From the NCBI GenBank assembly GCA_965248695.1, contig CBDFKD010000002.1, positions 480,001-544,000 on the forward strand: a stretch of 64,000 nucleotides of DNA. The letters are read 5' to 3'. Positions 39,803 through 50,155 of the stretch are shown in pieces. The notes beneath the pieces are model-generated. The model had not been told where the DNA came from and did no database searches. It worked only from the letters and a program-made list of their open reading frames with translations. The number at the start of each line of letters is the position of its first letter. Positions within the stretch are counted from its first letter, which is position 1. A program made the translations under genes and the position numbers. The stretch comes from Acidobacteriota bacterium. Its GTDB lineage: Bacteria; Acidobacteriota; UBA890; WLXD01.

Positions 39803-40747
39803 CTAGCGCCGCCGGGCGCGCAGATCTCGGCGCAACTCGGCTGGCTGCGGCAGGATTCCTCTCCACACCTCGACCGTTTCGCCATCGCGCAAGTACACCA
39901 GCTGTGGCACCGACCCCTCGCCGGTGACGCGGACGAAGGTCTGCGGAGGGAGCACCTGGACAGGCATCTGCAGATCGTAGCGCTCACGATAGCTGTTCAC
40001 GTCGGTACCAGAGGTCTCGTAGGTGAGCCCGACGACCGGCGGCAGCACGGCGTCCTTGGTGTAGTCCGACACGCGCGGGCTCATCGCGGCGCAGTGCGGG
40101 CATTCATGGTGGAACAGATACAGCAGGTGCTCGCCACGCTCGAGGTCGACCTCCCGCATGTCCATGGTTCTGCCGAGCGCTGCCGCCGACGCGCCACTCG
40201 GACCGCTGGTGTAGCCGAGGACGCTCATACCCAGCGCTGCCACGGTGGTAATCCCGAGCGCCGCGGCGCGCCAGTCGGCGCGAGTGCGGGCCACCGGAGT
40301 CCAGAAACACACGCCCACGGCGATGGCCATGAACGCGAGGTCCATCAGGAAGGCGTCGCGCGGCTCGCGCTCCATCATCGGTCCGAAACAGCCGCACTCA
40401 TCGAGTGTACCGGCGGCCCAGCCGTAGCCGATGGCCACGAGGAACACGGCCATCAGCGCCGCGGCCACGGTGGCAGCCAACCGCACGCGCCAGCGCACCA
40501 GCAGCATCACCGCAACACCGATCTCGACCGCCGGCAGCAGCAAAGCCACCGGTGTCCGCATCCAACCAGGCACGCCGTAGCCACCGAGCGAGCCCAGGAA
40601 GCTCCACGGGTCGAGCACTTTGGCCACCCCCGCGATCAGGAACATCAGGCCGAGAATCACCGGCCCGAACGATCGGATCATGCCCGACAGCCCCGCTCCG
40701 GAAGCCAATTCCTTCTTAGATGGCATGGCAGCTTTCTTCGATGGCAT
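39803..40747 (-). CDS. MauE/DoxX-like membrane protein fused to a thioredoxin-like CxxC domain
   Basis: LMFLIAGVAKV, ECGCFG (MauE signature), several TM helices, C-terminal ECPHC and VPQLV cis-Pro loop; start uncertain (40747/40726/40682). Confidence 0.75.
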   Translation of the reverse strand: MPSKKAAMPSKKELASGAGLSGMIRSFGPVILGLMFLIAGVAKVLDPWSFLGSLGGYGVPGWMRTPVALLLPAVEIGVAVMLLVRWRVRLAATVAAALMAVFLVAIGYGWAAGTLDECGCFGPMMEREPRDAFLMDLAFMAIAVGVCFWTPVARTRADWRAAALGITTVAALGMSVLGYTSGPSGASAAALGRTMDMREVDLERGEHLLYLFHHECPHCAAMSPRVSDYTKDAVLPPVVGLTYETSGTDVNSYRERYDLQMPVQVLPPQTFVRVTGEGSVPQLVYLRDGETVEVWRGILPQPAELRRDLRARRR

Positions 40748-40762
40748 CGCAGCGCTCCCCGG

Positions 40763-42619
40763 TTACCAGGCGATTCCGTAGTCTTCGCCGTGATGGCTCG
40801 AACCGCCCCAGAAGGTGCCGTGCTCCCAGTCGACGAACAGCGCGTTGATCGGCCCCGAGGTGCGCTCGCGATCGACCAGTGAGTAACCCATGCTGCGGAG
40901 CTCCTCGCGTACCCACGGCGGTGTGGCCGACTGGATCAGCAGACGACCCGGGCTCGACTCGTGTTCGGCGAACGACCCTTGCATCTGGTAGCTGTTGATA
41001 TTGGGCGCCTCGACCGCCTGCTGCACATCCATCCCCCACTCCACGAAGTTGAGGAAGAACTGCAGCAGGTTCTGATCCTGGCCATCGCCACCCTGAACCG
41101 CGAACGACAGGTAGGGACGGCCATCCTTGAGCGCCATCCCGGGAGTCAAAGTAGCGCGCGGACGCTTCCCCGGCTCGACCACGTTGTAGGGGTTCTGTGC
41201 CGCATCCAACACAAAGCTCTGCATACGCTGGCTCATGCCGATGCCGGTTCGACCGGCGATAACCGCCGGAATCCACCCGCCGCTGGGTGTGATCGAAACC
41301 ACCCAACCGTCGGCATCGATCGCCTGGATGGACGTCGTGCCGGCGTAGAAGTCCTCGTCGAACTCGGCCAGAGCCGCCGAGCTCGCATCCGGAGCAACGG
41401 TGGAACCTCCCCAGTTCTCGAGGTAGCGCAGAAAGGGGTTCTCGCCGCCCTGGAACGGATAGGGATCGCCCGGCCGAACCGACTCGTCGTTGCGCTCCCA
41501 GTTGATCTCGGCGACGCGCTCGGCGGCGTACTCCTTCGACAGCAGTCCCTCGATCGGTTCCGCGGGCGGGAAGTAGGGATCGCCGTAGTAGAAATCGCGA
41601 TCGGCGAAGGCCATGTTCATGACCTGATAGAGAGTGTGCATGTAGCGCGCGCTGTTGAAGCCCATGCCCTTGAGATCGAGGTTCTCGAGCATGTTGAGGG
41701 CTTGCAGCATGACCGGTCCCTGCACCCAAGTGGTGAGCTTGTAGACCTGGATACCCTTGTAATCGACTGACACCGGCTCCTCGAGATAGACCTCCCAGTT
41801 GGCGAGATCCTCGAGGGTGTGCAGGCCTCCCTGCTCCTGCGAGCCACGCACGAACTCGGCCGCAATATCGCCGCGATAGAAACGGTCGTAGGCCGACTGA
41901 ATGGCCTCTTCACGCGAGGCTCCGCCGATCAGCGCTTCAGCTTCGGCGTCGACCATCTTGCGCAGCGTCGCCGCCAGGTCCTTCTGCCGGAAGATCTCGC
42001 CCGGGTACGGGGCAGCGCGATCACCGTCGCCCAGGTGTGGCAGGAACACCTCTTTGGAGTACGGCCACTGCTGGAGTCGCTCCCGCTCGCGCTCGATCGA
42101 GTTCGCCGACTGCTCCTCGATCGGATAGCCGTCGGCCATCTCGATCGCCGGCGCCAGGACCTGCGCCAGGCTCATGGTGCCAAATTTCTCCAGCATCACC
42201 AGCAAGCCGCCGGGCGTGCCCGGCGTGACCGCGGCGTGCGGACCGTACTCGGGTGGGTAGCCCAATCCCATGTTCTTGAAGAACTCGGGAGTGGCCCCGG
42301 TCGGCGCGACCCCCAGCGCGTTGACGCCGACGACCTTCCTTTCGTTCGGGTCGTAGATCAGCGCCTGCGTCTCACCGCCCCAGCCGAGCACGTCCCACAT
42401 GGTCGACGTGGCCGCCAACATGGCGCACGCGGCGTCGACTGCGTTGCCGCCCTGCTGGAAGATCATGGCGCCGGCGGTGGCCGCCAGCGGCTTACCGGTG
42501 ATCGCCACCCAGTGGCGGCCGTGCAACACCGGCTTGGCGGTGCGTTGAGCCAGCCCGGGGCTGGCGAGCGTCATGGAAGCGACGAGGGCGACGGCCAGGG
42601 CGATACGCGAGTTTCGCAT
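40763..42619 (-). CDS. ggt: Gamma-glutamyltransferase family protein, secreted
   Basis: GGNAVDAA, VTPGTPGG, AFADRDFYYGDP, autoproteolytic GTTSIQAID, PGKRPRATLTP, QGGDGQDQ; signal peptide MRNSRIALAVAL. Confidence 0.9.
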   Translation of the reverse strand: MRNSRIALAVALVASMTLASPGLAQRTAKPVLHGRHWVAITGKPLAATAGAMIFQQGGNAVDAACAMLAATSTMWDVLGWGGETQALIYDPNERKVVGVNALGVAPTGATPEFFKNMGLGYPPEYGPHAAVTPGTPGGLLVMLEKFGTMSLAQVLAPAIEMADGYPIEEQSANSIERERERLQQWPYSKEVFLPHLGDGDRAAPYPGEIFRQKDLAATLRKMVDAEAEALIGGASREEAIQSAYDRFYRGDIAAEFVRGSQEQGGLHTLEDLANWEVYLEEPVSVDYKGIQVYKLTTWVQGPVMLQALNMLENLDLKGMGFNSARYMHTLYQVMNMAFADRDFYYGDPYFPPAEPIEGLLSKEYAAERVAEINWERNDESVRPGDPYPFQGGENPFLRYLENWGGSTVAPDASSAALAEFDEDFYAGTTSIQAIDADGWVVSITPSGGWIPAVIAGRTGIGMSQRMQSFVLDAAQNPYNVVEPGKRPRATLTPGMALKDGRPYLSFAVQGGDGQDQNLLQFFLNFVEWGMDVQQAVEAPNINSYQMQGSFAEHESSPGRLLIQSATPPWVREELRSMGYSLVDRERTSGPINALFVDWEHGTFWGGSSHHGEDYGIAW

Positions 42620-42744
42620 GGTAGCTCTTGTCCTGTGTCTGTTGGGCGTGATGAGGAGCCTACCGCCCCGCATCCGGCGGCGTCGAGGGGATCCCTGGCG
42701 AGCGTTGCGGGGGGCTGACAGCGGCTCGAGGCGCGGTCGCCAGA

Positions 42745-43284
42745 TCAAGGATCGATTTCCACCACCATCTCGATCTCGACAGGGATGCCGCGCGGCAGCG
42801 TCGCCATGCCCACCGCGGCGCGGGCGTGGCGGCCCCGGTCGCCGAAGATCTCGACCAGAAGATCCGAGGCGCCGTTGATTACCTCGGGCTGCTGTCCGAA
42901 TCCATCCACCGCTTTGACCATGCCAAACACCCGCACGATGCGCCGAACGCGTCCGAGATCGCCGATCTCCTTCTTCAGTGACGTCAGCAGTCCGATGGCC
43001 GTAAGACGTGCAGCGGCGTATCCCTCTTCGATCGTGAGATCGGCACCCACGGTACCCGTCAGGAACGACCCGTCGGCTTGGGTGGGGCCGTGCCCGGCGA
43101 GGAAAACCAGGTTCCCCGTGGTCACCGCATGCACGTAGTTGGCCACCGGCGGCTCCGGATCGCCTAGCTCGATCCCGAGCGCCCGCAGACGAGCCTCGGG
43201 ATCGTAGCCGTCCTGACCCGGCGCCGGCTGCACCAGCACGGTAACCGCAAGAACGAGCGTTGCCACACCAGTGAGTTTGATCAT
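42745..43284 (-). CDS. RidA/YjgF family protein with N-terminal signal peptide
   Basis: PVANYV, LVFLAGHGP, INGASDLL, GRHARAAVG, LPRGIPVEIE; hydrophobic leader MIKLTGVATLVLAVTVLVQPA. Confidence 0.88.
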   Translation of the reverse strand: MIKLTGVATLVLAVTVLVQPAPGQDGYDPEARLRALGIELGDPEPPVANYVHAVTTGNLVFLAGHGPTQADGSFLTGTVGADLTIEEGYAAARLTAIGLLTSLKKEIGDLGRVRRIVRVFGMVKAVDGFGQQPEVINGASDLLVEIFGDRGRHARAAVGMATLPRGIPVEIEMVVEIDP

Positions 43285-43295
43285 CGTTTCACCCT

Positions 43296-43333
43296 GATCC
43301 TGCGAGAGGGACGCGATCCTGCGAGGGGAACGC
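43296..43333. repeat. 19-bp tandem direct repeat upstream of the RidA-like gene
   Basis: gatcctgcgagagggacgc / gatcctgcgaggggaacgc, 17 of 19 identical. Confidence 0.6.
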
Positions 43334-43388
43334 GGATGACATCCACGTGATTAGGCCAGTTGCGGGTGCCCCCGTCCAGCAACGCTGG

Positions 43389-43940
43389 CTAGCGGGCCGC
43401 GGCGTCGCGATCGCGCCACAACAGCAGGGCGGCAAACCCGGGGACGAACGCCACGCACCAGTACGCGAAGTTCCTCCAGTACAGCGGCCCGGGGGTGTGC
43501 GCGCCCAGCCAGATGTCGGAGATCATCCAGAAACCGAGCCCGGCCGTCAGCGCTGCGAGCACACCGCGGGTCACCGTACGCGATCCGGTCTCGGCACGGC
43601 TACTGGCGGTATTGCCGACGAACGCCAGCGCGACCCACAGGGCCATCCAGGCGACCACCATCGCGATCACTCCGATCACCGGAAACAGGAGATAGAAAAG
43701 CGCCGCGGCCAGGACGCCGACAAGCAGGCCGGCCAGGGCAGCGAACCCGTTGCGGCTCCCACCCGTGGCCCGCGCGATGACCAGACCCATGACCGCAAGC
43801 AACAATCCACCGTGAATCAGGCCGTAAAGCGCCTTGTGTTCGGGCACCGCCGCCGCCCAGAAAGCATCGGCGAAGGCGCTCGTAGCGGCCATCACCAGGG
43901 TGGCGACCAGGGTTTCTCGAAGTCCGTTGACAGCGCTCAT
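43389..43940 (-). CDS. Integral membrane hypothetical protein
   Basis: About six hydrophobic segments; 10 nt downstream of the M24 peptidase gene. Confidence 0.7.
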   Translation of the reverse strand: MSAVNGLRETLVATLVMAATSAFADAFWAAAVPEHKALYGLIHGGLLLAVMGLVIARATGGSRNGFAALAGLLVGVLAAALFYLLFPVIGVIAMVVAWMALWVALAFVGNTASSRAETGSRTVTRGVLAALTAGLGFWMISDIWLGAHTPGPLYWRNFAYWCVAFVPGFAALLLWRDRDAAAR

Positions 43941-43950
43941 GGCAGGTACC

Positions 43951-45333
43951 TCAGTGGATCAGGTGCAGCTCGGTCTGCCGCCGCAGCGACCAACGCCGCT
44001 CACCGGCGGGCGTCACCTCCGCTTCCTCTTCCATCATCATGCGCACCGGCTGCCCGTCCCACTCCGCGACCGGAGTCGTAACCTGGAGCTCGGTAGAGAA
44101 CCACATGTTCGCCAGCACCGGTACGTCCCCACGGCCCGGGACGCCCTCCTGGTAGTCCCACAGTCCGATCAGCGGCCCGGCGCCGTGGCCGTGATCGCCG
44201 ATCGGGTGGGTGTACATGGTGCCGTCGAGCCCTTCCGCGTGCATGCGCTCGAGCACCTCGTAGAGTACCTCGTTGCCGGAGCGGCCTACGTGCATCTCTT
44301 CCAGGAGGATTTCCTGCAGCTGCTTGCTGTTTTCGAGCGCAGCTTGAAGCCCGGCGGGGGCATCCGTCTCGCCGTCGCGAAGCACGTAGCCCATGTGCTG
44401 GGTGTCGGTATTGAGGCGCATCACGGTGATTCCGAAGTCTGTATGCAGCACATCGCCGCGCTCGATCACTGGGTCAGAGCCGAGATCGGCGGCATCGGTT
44501 CCGCGTCGCTGGATGCTGACGGAGGGTTGAAACCAGGTACCGAAGCCGAGGTCGTGAACCCGCTGACGCATCCACCAGACGACGTCCTGAGTGCTGGTGA
44601 CCCCCGGCGTGATCACCGCGTTGGAAAACGCCGCACCGATGATCTCGTGCACGTAGGCCTGCATGCGCCGATAGACGGGCGTCATGCTGGGAACCCGCAG
44701 CGCCAGGTAATCGATCGCCAGCCGCGGGTTGGGCGCCACACGCCCGATGAGCTCGGGCCCGAGCGCCGACTGCATTTGTTCCCACTCGCCGGCAGTGAGG
44801 CCGTCCGCAAAGTTGTGCTCGTGGGCGATGTTGACCGCGATCACCTGCGGATCGCGGTCGCGAATCAGATCCGCGAGCAGCGTCCACTGCGAGCTTCCCC
44901 AGAGCTCCGCCTGGACGCCCTCACGACTGGTGGCGATGTTGGCGCGATACGCCTCGTACAGTCCGCCCTGCGATCCACCGCCCAGGGCCAATCGCTCGAC
45001 GCCACGCTCCGGGCCCAGGTCGGTAAAGACGTAGATCGTGCGCCGTCGTGCCGCGAAGCTCGTCGGTGCCACCAGGGCGCGAAAGACGGGGTCCTCGTTG
45101 TACTCGCGCATCGGAACGACCCACATGTCCACCCCGTGGTCGCGCATCACCAGGGGCAGATTGACGTCGAGTCGCTCCTGTACCCAGGTCTGCTGGATCG
45201 CCGCCTGTTCCTGCAAGGTGCCGAACGGTCGCGTAGTGCGAAAGCTCGGCTCCTGGGAAGCAGGCGTGGAAAGCGAGGCAGCAAGTGCCAGCGTCACTGC
45301 GGCGAAGCGAGTCATCTGTTTCCTCGGGTGCAC
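43951..45333 (-). CDS. M24 family (Xaa-Pro aminopeptidase-like) metallopeptidase, secreted
   Basis: Metal-ligand motifs HTDFG, NTDTQH, THPIGDHGH, FSTE, MEEE; signal peptide MTRFAAVTLALAASLS (alternative start 45315). Confidence 0.85.
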   Translation of the reverse strand: MHPRKQMTRFAAVTLALAASLSTPASQEPSFRTTRPFGTLQEQAAIQQTWVQERLDVNLPLVMRDHGVDMWVVPMREYNEDPVFRALVAPTSFAARRRTIYVFTDLGPERGVERLALGGGSQGGLYEAYRANIATSREGVQAELWGSSQWTLLADLIRDRDPQVIAVNIAHEHNFADGLTAGEWEQMQSALGPELIGRVAPNPRLAIDYLALRVPSMTPVYRRMQAYVHEIIGAAFSNAVITPGVTSTQDVVWWMRQRVHDLGFGTWFQPSVSIQRRGTDAADLGSDPVIERGDVLHTDFGITVMRLNTDTQHMGYVLRDGETDAPAGLQAALENSKQLQEILLEEMHVGRSGNEVLYEVLERMHAEGLDGTMYTHPIGDHGHGAGPLIGLWDYQEGVPGRGDVPVLANMWFSTELQVTTPVAEWDGQPVRMMMEEEAEVTPAGERRWSLRRQTELHLIH

Positions 45334-45466
45334 GTTGAGGGATATCGGTACTCACGGCTCGCCGGCGAGCGCCGGGCGCGCCCCGCTATCCAACCGCGCC
45401 GCGCCTCGACCTGCAAACGGCGTCCGCAGGGTCACCCCAGGTGGCGAGGAACAGCAGCGTCCGAAG

Positions 45467-48271
45467 CTACTCGACCCGCAAGGCTTCGACTGGATCCACT
45501 CTCGCGGCGCGGCGCGCCGGTAGGTACGCGGCACCAGCGGCGACCAGCAGCAATGTGATCGTCGCTGCGACCACGGTCGGCGGATCCATCGGCTCGAGCC
45601 CGTACAACGTGCTCTCCAGCAGCCGAGTCAACAACGCCGCCGCCACCAGCCCGAGGCCAACCCCGAGACACACGGTCACCAGCTCGCGCATGACGAGTCG
45701 GACGACATCGTTGGACCGCGCTCCGATTGCCATACGGATGCCGATCTCACGAGTCCGCCGAATCACGCTGTACGACAGGATGCCGTAGAGACCGATGCAG
45801 GAAAGCAGCAAGGCCACCGCTCCCAACGCCGTGGAGAGTCGCGCGAAATGGTGCTCACCCACGAGGTTCCGGTCCTGCTGCGCTCGCTGTGTGGAGATGC
45901 CGTACAACGGCACGTCCGGGTTGAGCTGACGTAGCGACTGTCGCATTTGCGGCACCAGGCTCAACGGATCGACCGCGACCCGGACCACGAAGGTCATGGG
46001 GCCGAGGTCTCTGACTCCCTGGCGGTAGAGAAGGTGGACCGCCGGCCATGCCTCATCGCGGAGATTCTGATATTTGACGTCTGGCACCACACCGACGATC
46101 TCGACGTCTCCGGCGTGCTCGATGTTGCCGAAGCCGACACGTCTTCCGACGGGGTTGACGCCTTCGAAGAAACGGTCGACCAGGGTCTGGTTGATCACTG
46201 CGACCGGCGCAGCTGACGGCCCGTCATGGTCGCCGAACAGGCGTCCCCGGATGGCACGGATCTCGAACGTCGAGAAGAAATCCACACCGACCACATTGAT
46301 GAAGGCATTCGTGCTCTCATCCTCGGCGGGTTGATAGTCCTCGATATACACCGTCGACGAGGTCATCGAGCCGCTCGCCGGCCCGTGGGCTACAACGCTG
46401 ACGGCCAACACTCCCGGTATTCGCTCGATCCCCCGCAGCGCTTCGTAGTAGAAACCAGCAAGCTCATCGCCCGCGTAACCGCTCAGACGCGGGTCGGCCC
46501 GGAACAGCAATACGTTGTCGGCGTCGTAACCTCGAGCCTCGCTCTCGAGACCCCGGACCGTGCCGATGAACAACCCCGCCACGACCAGCAGTACGAGCGA
46601 GGTAGCGACCTGGACCACAAGCAACGCCCGCGAGAGACCCAGCCGTTCGCGATGCCCCGCTGCCGCGGGCTCAGCTTTGAGCGCCGGCGCGAGATCCAAC
46701 CGCGACGAGCGCAACGCTGGTGCGATACCGAACAGGACACCGGTGAGAAGCGATGCCGCTGCGGTGAAAAAGAGCACGTTGGTGTCGAGGCGCACATCGA
46801 GAGCCATTTCCGAGCTATCGACAACTCCGAGGAAAAGCCCCCGCACCGCGAACGCGAGCAGCAACCCGAGCACACCCCCACAGCCTGCGAGCAGCACGCT
46901 TTCGGTCAGCAGTTGCCGCACCAGGCGCCCGCGGCTGGCACCAAGTGATCGCCGCACGGCGATCTCGCGGCGTCGTGCTCCCGATCGTGCCAGCAACAGG
47001 TTGGCGAGGTTCGCGCAGGCAATCAGCAACACGGCTCCGACCACTGCACCCAACGTCAGTAACGGCTGCACCATCAGGCTTCGCTGCTCGGTCATTCCAC
47101 GGCCGCCCGGAACCGCACGGGCATCCGGAACGGGCTGACCGGCTTCGAGGTCGGCCTCCACTGACTGGCCCAGGACGAGATCGGCAACCGCCTCGGCCTG
47201 TTCGATCGTGCCTCCCGGACCCAACCTCCCCATGATCCGTAGCCACCAGTAGTCGCCCCGATCGAGCAGCTCTCGATTGCGCATCACCAGAGCTTGATGA
47301 ACCAGTGGCACCGTGACCTGGGGCACCGTCCCGACCTGCAACGCTCCTTCGAATGCCGGCGGCGTTACGCCGACGATGGTGAAAGCGGCGCCATTCACGA
47401 AGATCGTCTGCCCGAGCACCTCGGACTCGCCACCGAACCGACGCTGCCAATATCCATACGACAAGACAGCCGCCGGCTCGGCGTCGGGATCAGCGTCAGC
47501 CGGGCCCAGCAACCGGCCCAGCTCGGGTCGGACGCCGAGCATCGAGTAGTAGCTCGCCGACACCACTTGTCCGCTGCCGAGATCCGCCTCGCCTCGAAAT
47601 CTGGCGTTGATGCGATACAACGGCGCGAACGCGGCGAGCTCTACGAACGGCGTGTCAGCAGCTCGCAGACGTTGATACATTAGATGGGAGAAAGACGAGC
47701 TCTCACTGCGGCCCGAGTCACCGCGGATCATCCAGCCATTTATGGAAATGTCGGGACTCTCACCGGACTCGTGCACCAGCCAGTGCAGCACGACGAGATC
47801 CTCGGGGCGCTCAACCGGGAGCCGGCGCAGCAAGGCTGCATCGACAATGCTGAAGATCGCCGTGTTTGCGCCGATTCCGAGCGCCAGCGACAGCACCGCG
47901 ATCACCGTGAAGCCGGGGCTCTTGCGCAACATACGAAGTGCATACGCAACGTCCTTGACGAACGCGTCCAGATCACTCGAGAGCAGCGATTCATCGGATG
48001 GGAGCAACCCACCGGCTCCCGGAAGCTGGCGTCCGCGCACCGAGCGAAGTCGCAAGCGCAGATCATCCCAGCGCGCGCCCAATCCGTTGCGCAGCAGGTC
48101 CCATGCGGTCCGTGCCCGACCCGCCTGTCGAACATCCCGGTAGAGTTCCCCGAGATCGCGGCCGAGGCCGGCGCGAAATCGTCGCGGGAAGGCCAACAGG
48201 CAGATTCGGAACAGCAAGGTTGCCGGCGGCGCGGTCGCTCCACCGCGAGTTGGATGAGTCGGCCCGCTCAC
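45467..48271 (-). CDS. Duplicated MacB/FtsX-type ABC permease (ADOP family)
   Basis: [85 protein letters not shown]. Confidence 0.92.
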   Translation of the reverse strand: MSGPTHPTRGGATAPPATLLFRICLLAFPRRFRAGLGRDLGELYRDVRQAGRARTAWDLLRNGLGARWDDLRLRLRSVRGRQLPGAGGLLPSDESLLSSDLDAFVKDVAYALRMLRKSPGFTVIAVLSLALGIGANTAIFSIVDAALLRRLPVERPEDLVVLHWLVHESGESPDISINGWMIRGDSGRSESSSFSHLMYQRLRAADTPFVELAAFAPLYRINARFRGEADLGSGQVVSASYYSMLGVRPELGRLLGPADADPDAEPAAVLSYGYWQRRFGGESEVLGQTIFVNGAAFTIVGVTPPAFEGALQVGTVPQVTVPLVHQALVMRNRELLDRGDYWWLRIMGRLGPGGTIEQAEAVADLVLGQSVEADLEAGQPVPDARAVPGGRGMTEQRSLMVQPLLTLGAVVGAVLLIACANLANLLLARSGARRREIAVRRSLGASRGRLVRQLLTESVLLAGCGGVLGLLLAFAVRGLFLGVVDSSEMALDVRLDTNVLFFTAAASLLTGVLFGIAPALRSSRLDLAPALKAEPAAAGHRERLGLSRALLVVQVATSLVLLVVAGLFIGTVRGLESEARGYDADNVLLFRADPRLSGYAGDELAGFYYEALRGIERIPGVLAVSVVAHGPASGSMTSSTVYIEDYQPAEDESTNAFINVVGVDFFSTFEIRAIRGRLFGDHDGPSAAPVAVINQTLVDRFFEGVNPVGRRVGFGNIEHAGDVEIVGVVPDVKYQNLRDEAWPAVHLLYRQGVRDLGPMTFVVRVAVDPLSLVPQMRQSLRQLNPDVPLYGISTQRAQQDRNLVGEHHFARLSTALGAVALLLSCIGLYGILSYSVIRRTREIGIRMAIGARSNDVVRLVMRELVTVCLGVGLGLVAAALLTRLLESTLYGLEPMDPPTVVAATITLLLVAAGAAYLPARRAARVDPVEALRVE

Positions 48272-48609
48272 GAGGTCGTACCCGAGTCTGACTCGGTTGC
48301 CAACACCCTTGCCGACACGTTTGCCATCAAGCTCGCTTCCGCCACTGCCACCCGCTTGCCGCTCTCGGTAATGCGGTAGTAGGTGCGACGCGCGTCGCCG
48401 CCGCCCACCTCGGACCGACCAGCCGACTCCAGGAGCCCGGCGCGCTGCATGCGGTACAGAACCCGATACACATCGCCGGGACGAAGCTGTACTCGGCCCC
48501 CGCTGAGTTCATCGATGGCTCGAACGATCCCATAGCCATGAAGAGGCTCGCTCTGCAGCACGGCGAGAACCAGGAAGTCGACCTGGCGCAGGGTCTTGGG
48601 CGTCGTCAT
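48268..48609 (-). CDS. PadR family transcriptional regulator
   Basis: [28 protein letters not shown]; coupled to the ADOP permease. Confidence 0.9.
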   Translation of the reverse strand: MTTPKTLRQVDFLVLAVLQSEPLHGYGIVRAIDELSGGRVQLRPGDVYRVLYRMQRAGLLESAGRSEVGGGDARRTYYRITESGKRVAVAEASLMANVSARVLATESDSGTTS

Positions 48610-48660
48610 TCAGTCTCCTCCCGATCGGAGGCCCGGAGGCGCGGCAAGGCGGATGCGCCA

Positions 48661-48699
48661 ACTATACGTATTTTTCGTATATGCGCAAGCTACGTATAG
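48661..48699 (-). promoter_or_regulatory. Putative padR promoter/operator
   Basis: Minus strand TTGCGC (48688-48683)-16 bp-TATAGT (48666-48661); palindrome TATACG-N7-CGTATA at 48663-48681; 9-bp inverted repeat ctatacgta/tacgtatag at 48662-48670 and 48691-48699. Confidence 0.55.
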
Positions 48700-49649
48700 C
48701 GACCGAGCTCGACCGGTGGACTCAGCGGCCGCGCGAAGATATCCAGGCCGGTGAGCCGCTCGTGCAGCTGCTGAAACTCCCGGTCATGCAAGGAGCGCAG
48801 CGGCAGGCGCACGATGCCGCAGTCGACGCCGAGCATCGACAACAGAGCCTTGCTGGCGCGGACCGCGCCGAACTCCTGCAGAACCCGTCCCAGGTGGAGC
48901 GTCTTGGCATGCTCGGCGCGAGCGGTTTCGATGTCGCCGGCCATGAAGGCGGCCTCGATGCGTCGATACAGCGGCGCGGCGAACCCGATGGAACCACCGA
49001 CGGCGCCGCGGGCGCCCAGCGCCAGCGCCGGCAACCAGCTCTCCTCGCTGCCGACCAGCACGTCGAAGTCGCCTTCGAGTTGCTGACAGCGGGCGAACGT
49101 CTTCAGATCCGATGAGGTGAGGTTGACGCCTGCCAGGTTCGGAATCCGTAGTCGCCCCCACTCGAGCACCTGCTCGGTGGGGAAGCACACACCGTTGCGC
49201 TCTGGGACGTCGTAGAAGAAGAACGGCATTTCCGGTACCGCGGCGGCCACGGCAGCGAGGTACTCGATGAGCTCCTCGAGCGTCGCCGGCGGATAGTAAG
49301 CTGGCGCCATGGCAGCTACAGCCGTCGCGCCCGCCGTACCGGCGTGCTCGGCGAGCCGGACGGCGTCACGCAGTGAGCTGTGGCCGACGTGGGCGATCAG
49401 GGGCACCTCGCCGTCGGTTACCCCTACCCACGTCTCGAGCACGGCCTGTCGCTCGGCCACCGACAACGAGTGGCCTTCTCCCTCGATGCCACAGACGAAG
49501 ACCCCGCCAATCCCTGCATCGCGGAACAGGTCGTACTGCCGCTGTATCACGCTGCCGTTGAATCGACCGACGTCGTTGAACGGTGTATGCGCCGACGCGA
49601 ACAGGCCAGAGAAAGCCGATCCCTTGGCGCCGCCTCGTGCCTCGTTCAA
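48690..49649 (-). CDS. DHDPS/N-acetylneuraminate lyase-fold protein with degenerate active site
   Basis: HTPF, GVFVCGxxGEGHSLS..ER, LIAHVG, FFYDVP, IPNLAGVNLT (Asn at the Schiff-base Lys position), VRLPL. Confidence 0.82.
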   Translation of the reverse strand: MNEARGGAKGSAFSGLFASAHTPFNDVGRFNGSVIQRQYDLFRDAGIGGVFVCGIEGEGHSLSVAERQAVLETWVGVTDGEVPLIAHVGHSSLRDAVRLAEHAGTAGATAVAAMAPAYYPPATLEELIEYLAAVAAAVPEMPFFFYDVPERNGVCFPTEQVLEWGRLRIPNLAGVNLTSSDLKTFARCQQLEGDFDVLVGSEESWLPALALGARGAVGGSIGFAAPLYRRIEAAFMAGDIETARAEHAKTLHLGRVLQEFGAVRASKALLSMLGVDCGIVRLPLRSLHDREFQQLHERLTGLDIFARPLSPPVELGRYT

Positions 49650-49668
49650 CTGGCCCCCGGCACGCTGC

Positions 49669-50091
49669 TCAGCGTGGCTGTCGTGCCACGATCGTGGCCT
49701 CGGTCTCGATCACTGGACCGTCCTCAGCCGCGAAATCGTCTCGCTCGCCGAACCACCTCGCTGACACTCGTTCGGCTCGCAGACGCATCTCCGGAGTGAC
49801 CGAGGCAGCAACCGCCGCCAGCGCCATGACGAGCACCCCGAGGTCATCGCTGTAGCCCAGCCCCGGAATCAGGTCCGGGATAGCGTCGATCGGAGAGATG
49901 AAATAGCCCAGCGCGCCGATGACGGCCGTCCTCGCCCACACCGGAGCCTGCGGGTCGCGCAGCACCTGGTACAGCAGCACCGCTTTCTCGACCACTTCGC
50001 GACCAGCGGCGCGCGCATAGCGCGCCAGCTTGGCCGTGAGAGCCTCCGGCGAATACACCTCTCGATAGGCAGAAGTGGAATCGTCACCCAT
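49669..50091 (-). CDS. YkvA/DUF1232 family protein
   Basis: GALGYFISPIDAIPDLIPGLGYSDDLGVL signature. Confidence 0.88.
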   Translation of the reverse strand: MGDDSTSAYREVYSPEALTAKLARYARAAGREVVEKAVLLYQVLRDPQAPVWARTAVIGALGYFISPIDAIPDLIPGLGYSDDLGVLVMALAAVAASVTPEMRLRAERVSARWFGERDDFAAEDGPVIETEATIVARQPR

Positions 50092-50155
50092 AGCTCAAGC
50101 CTACCATCTGACCTACGCCCCGGATCGGGGACTCATTCGACGTCGCGCCTGAGCC

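Noticed and set aside
40712-40747. Duplicated MPSKK start (ATGCCATCGAAGAAA / ATGCCATCTAAGAAG) of the MauE-like gene
   Set aside because: It is a short two-copy duplication that only makes the start ambiguous; there is no evidence of function.
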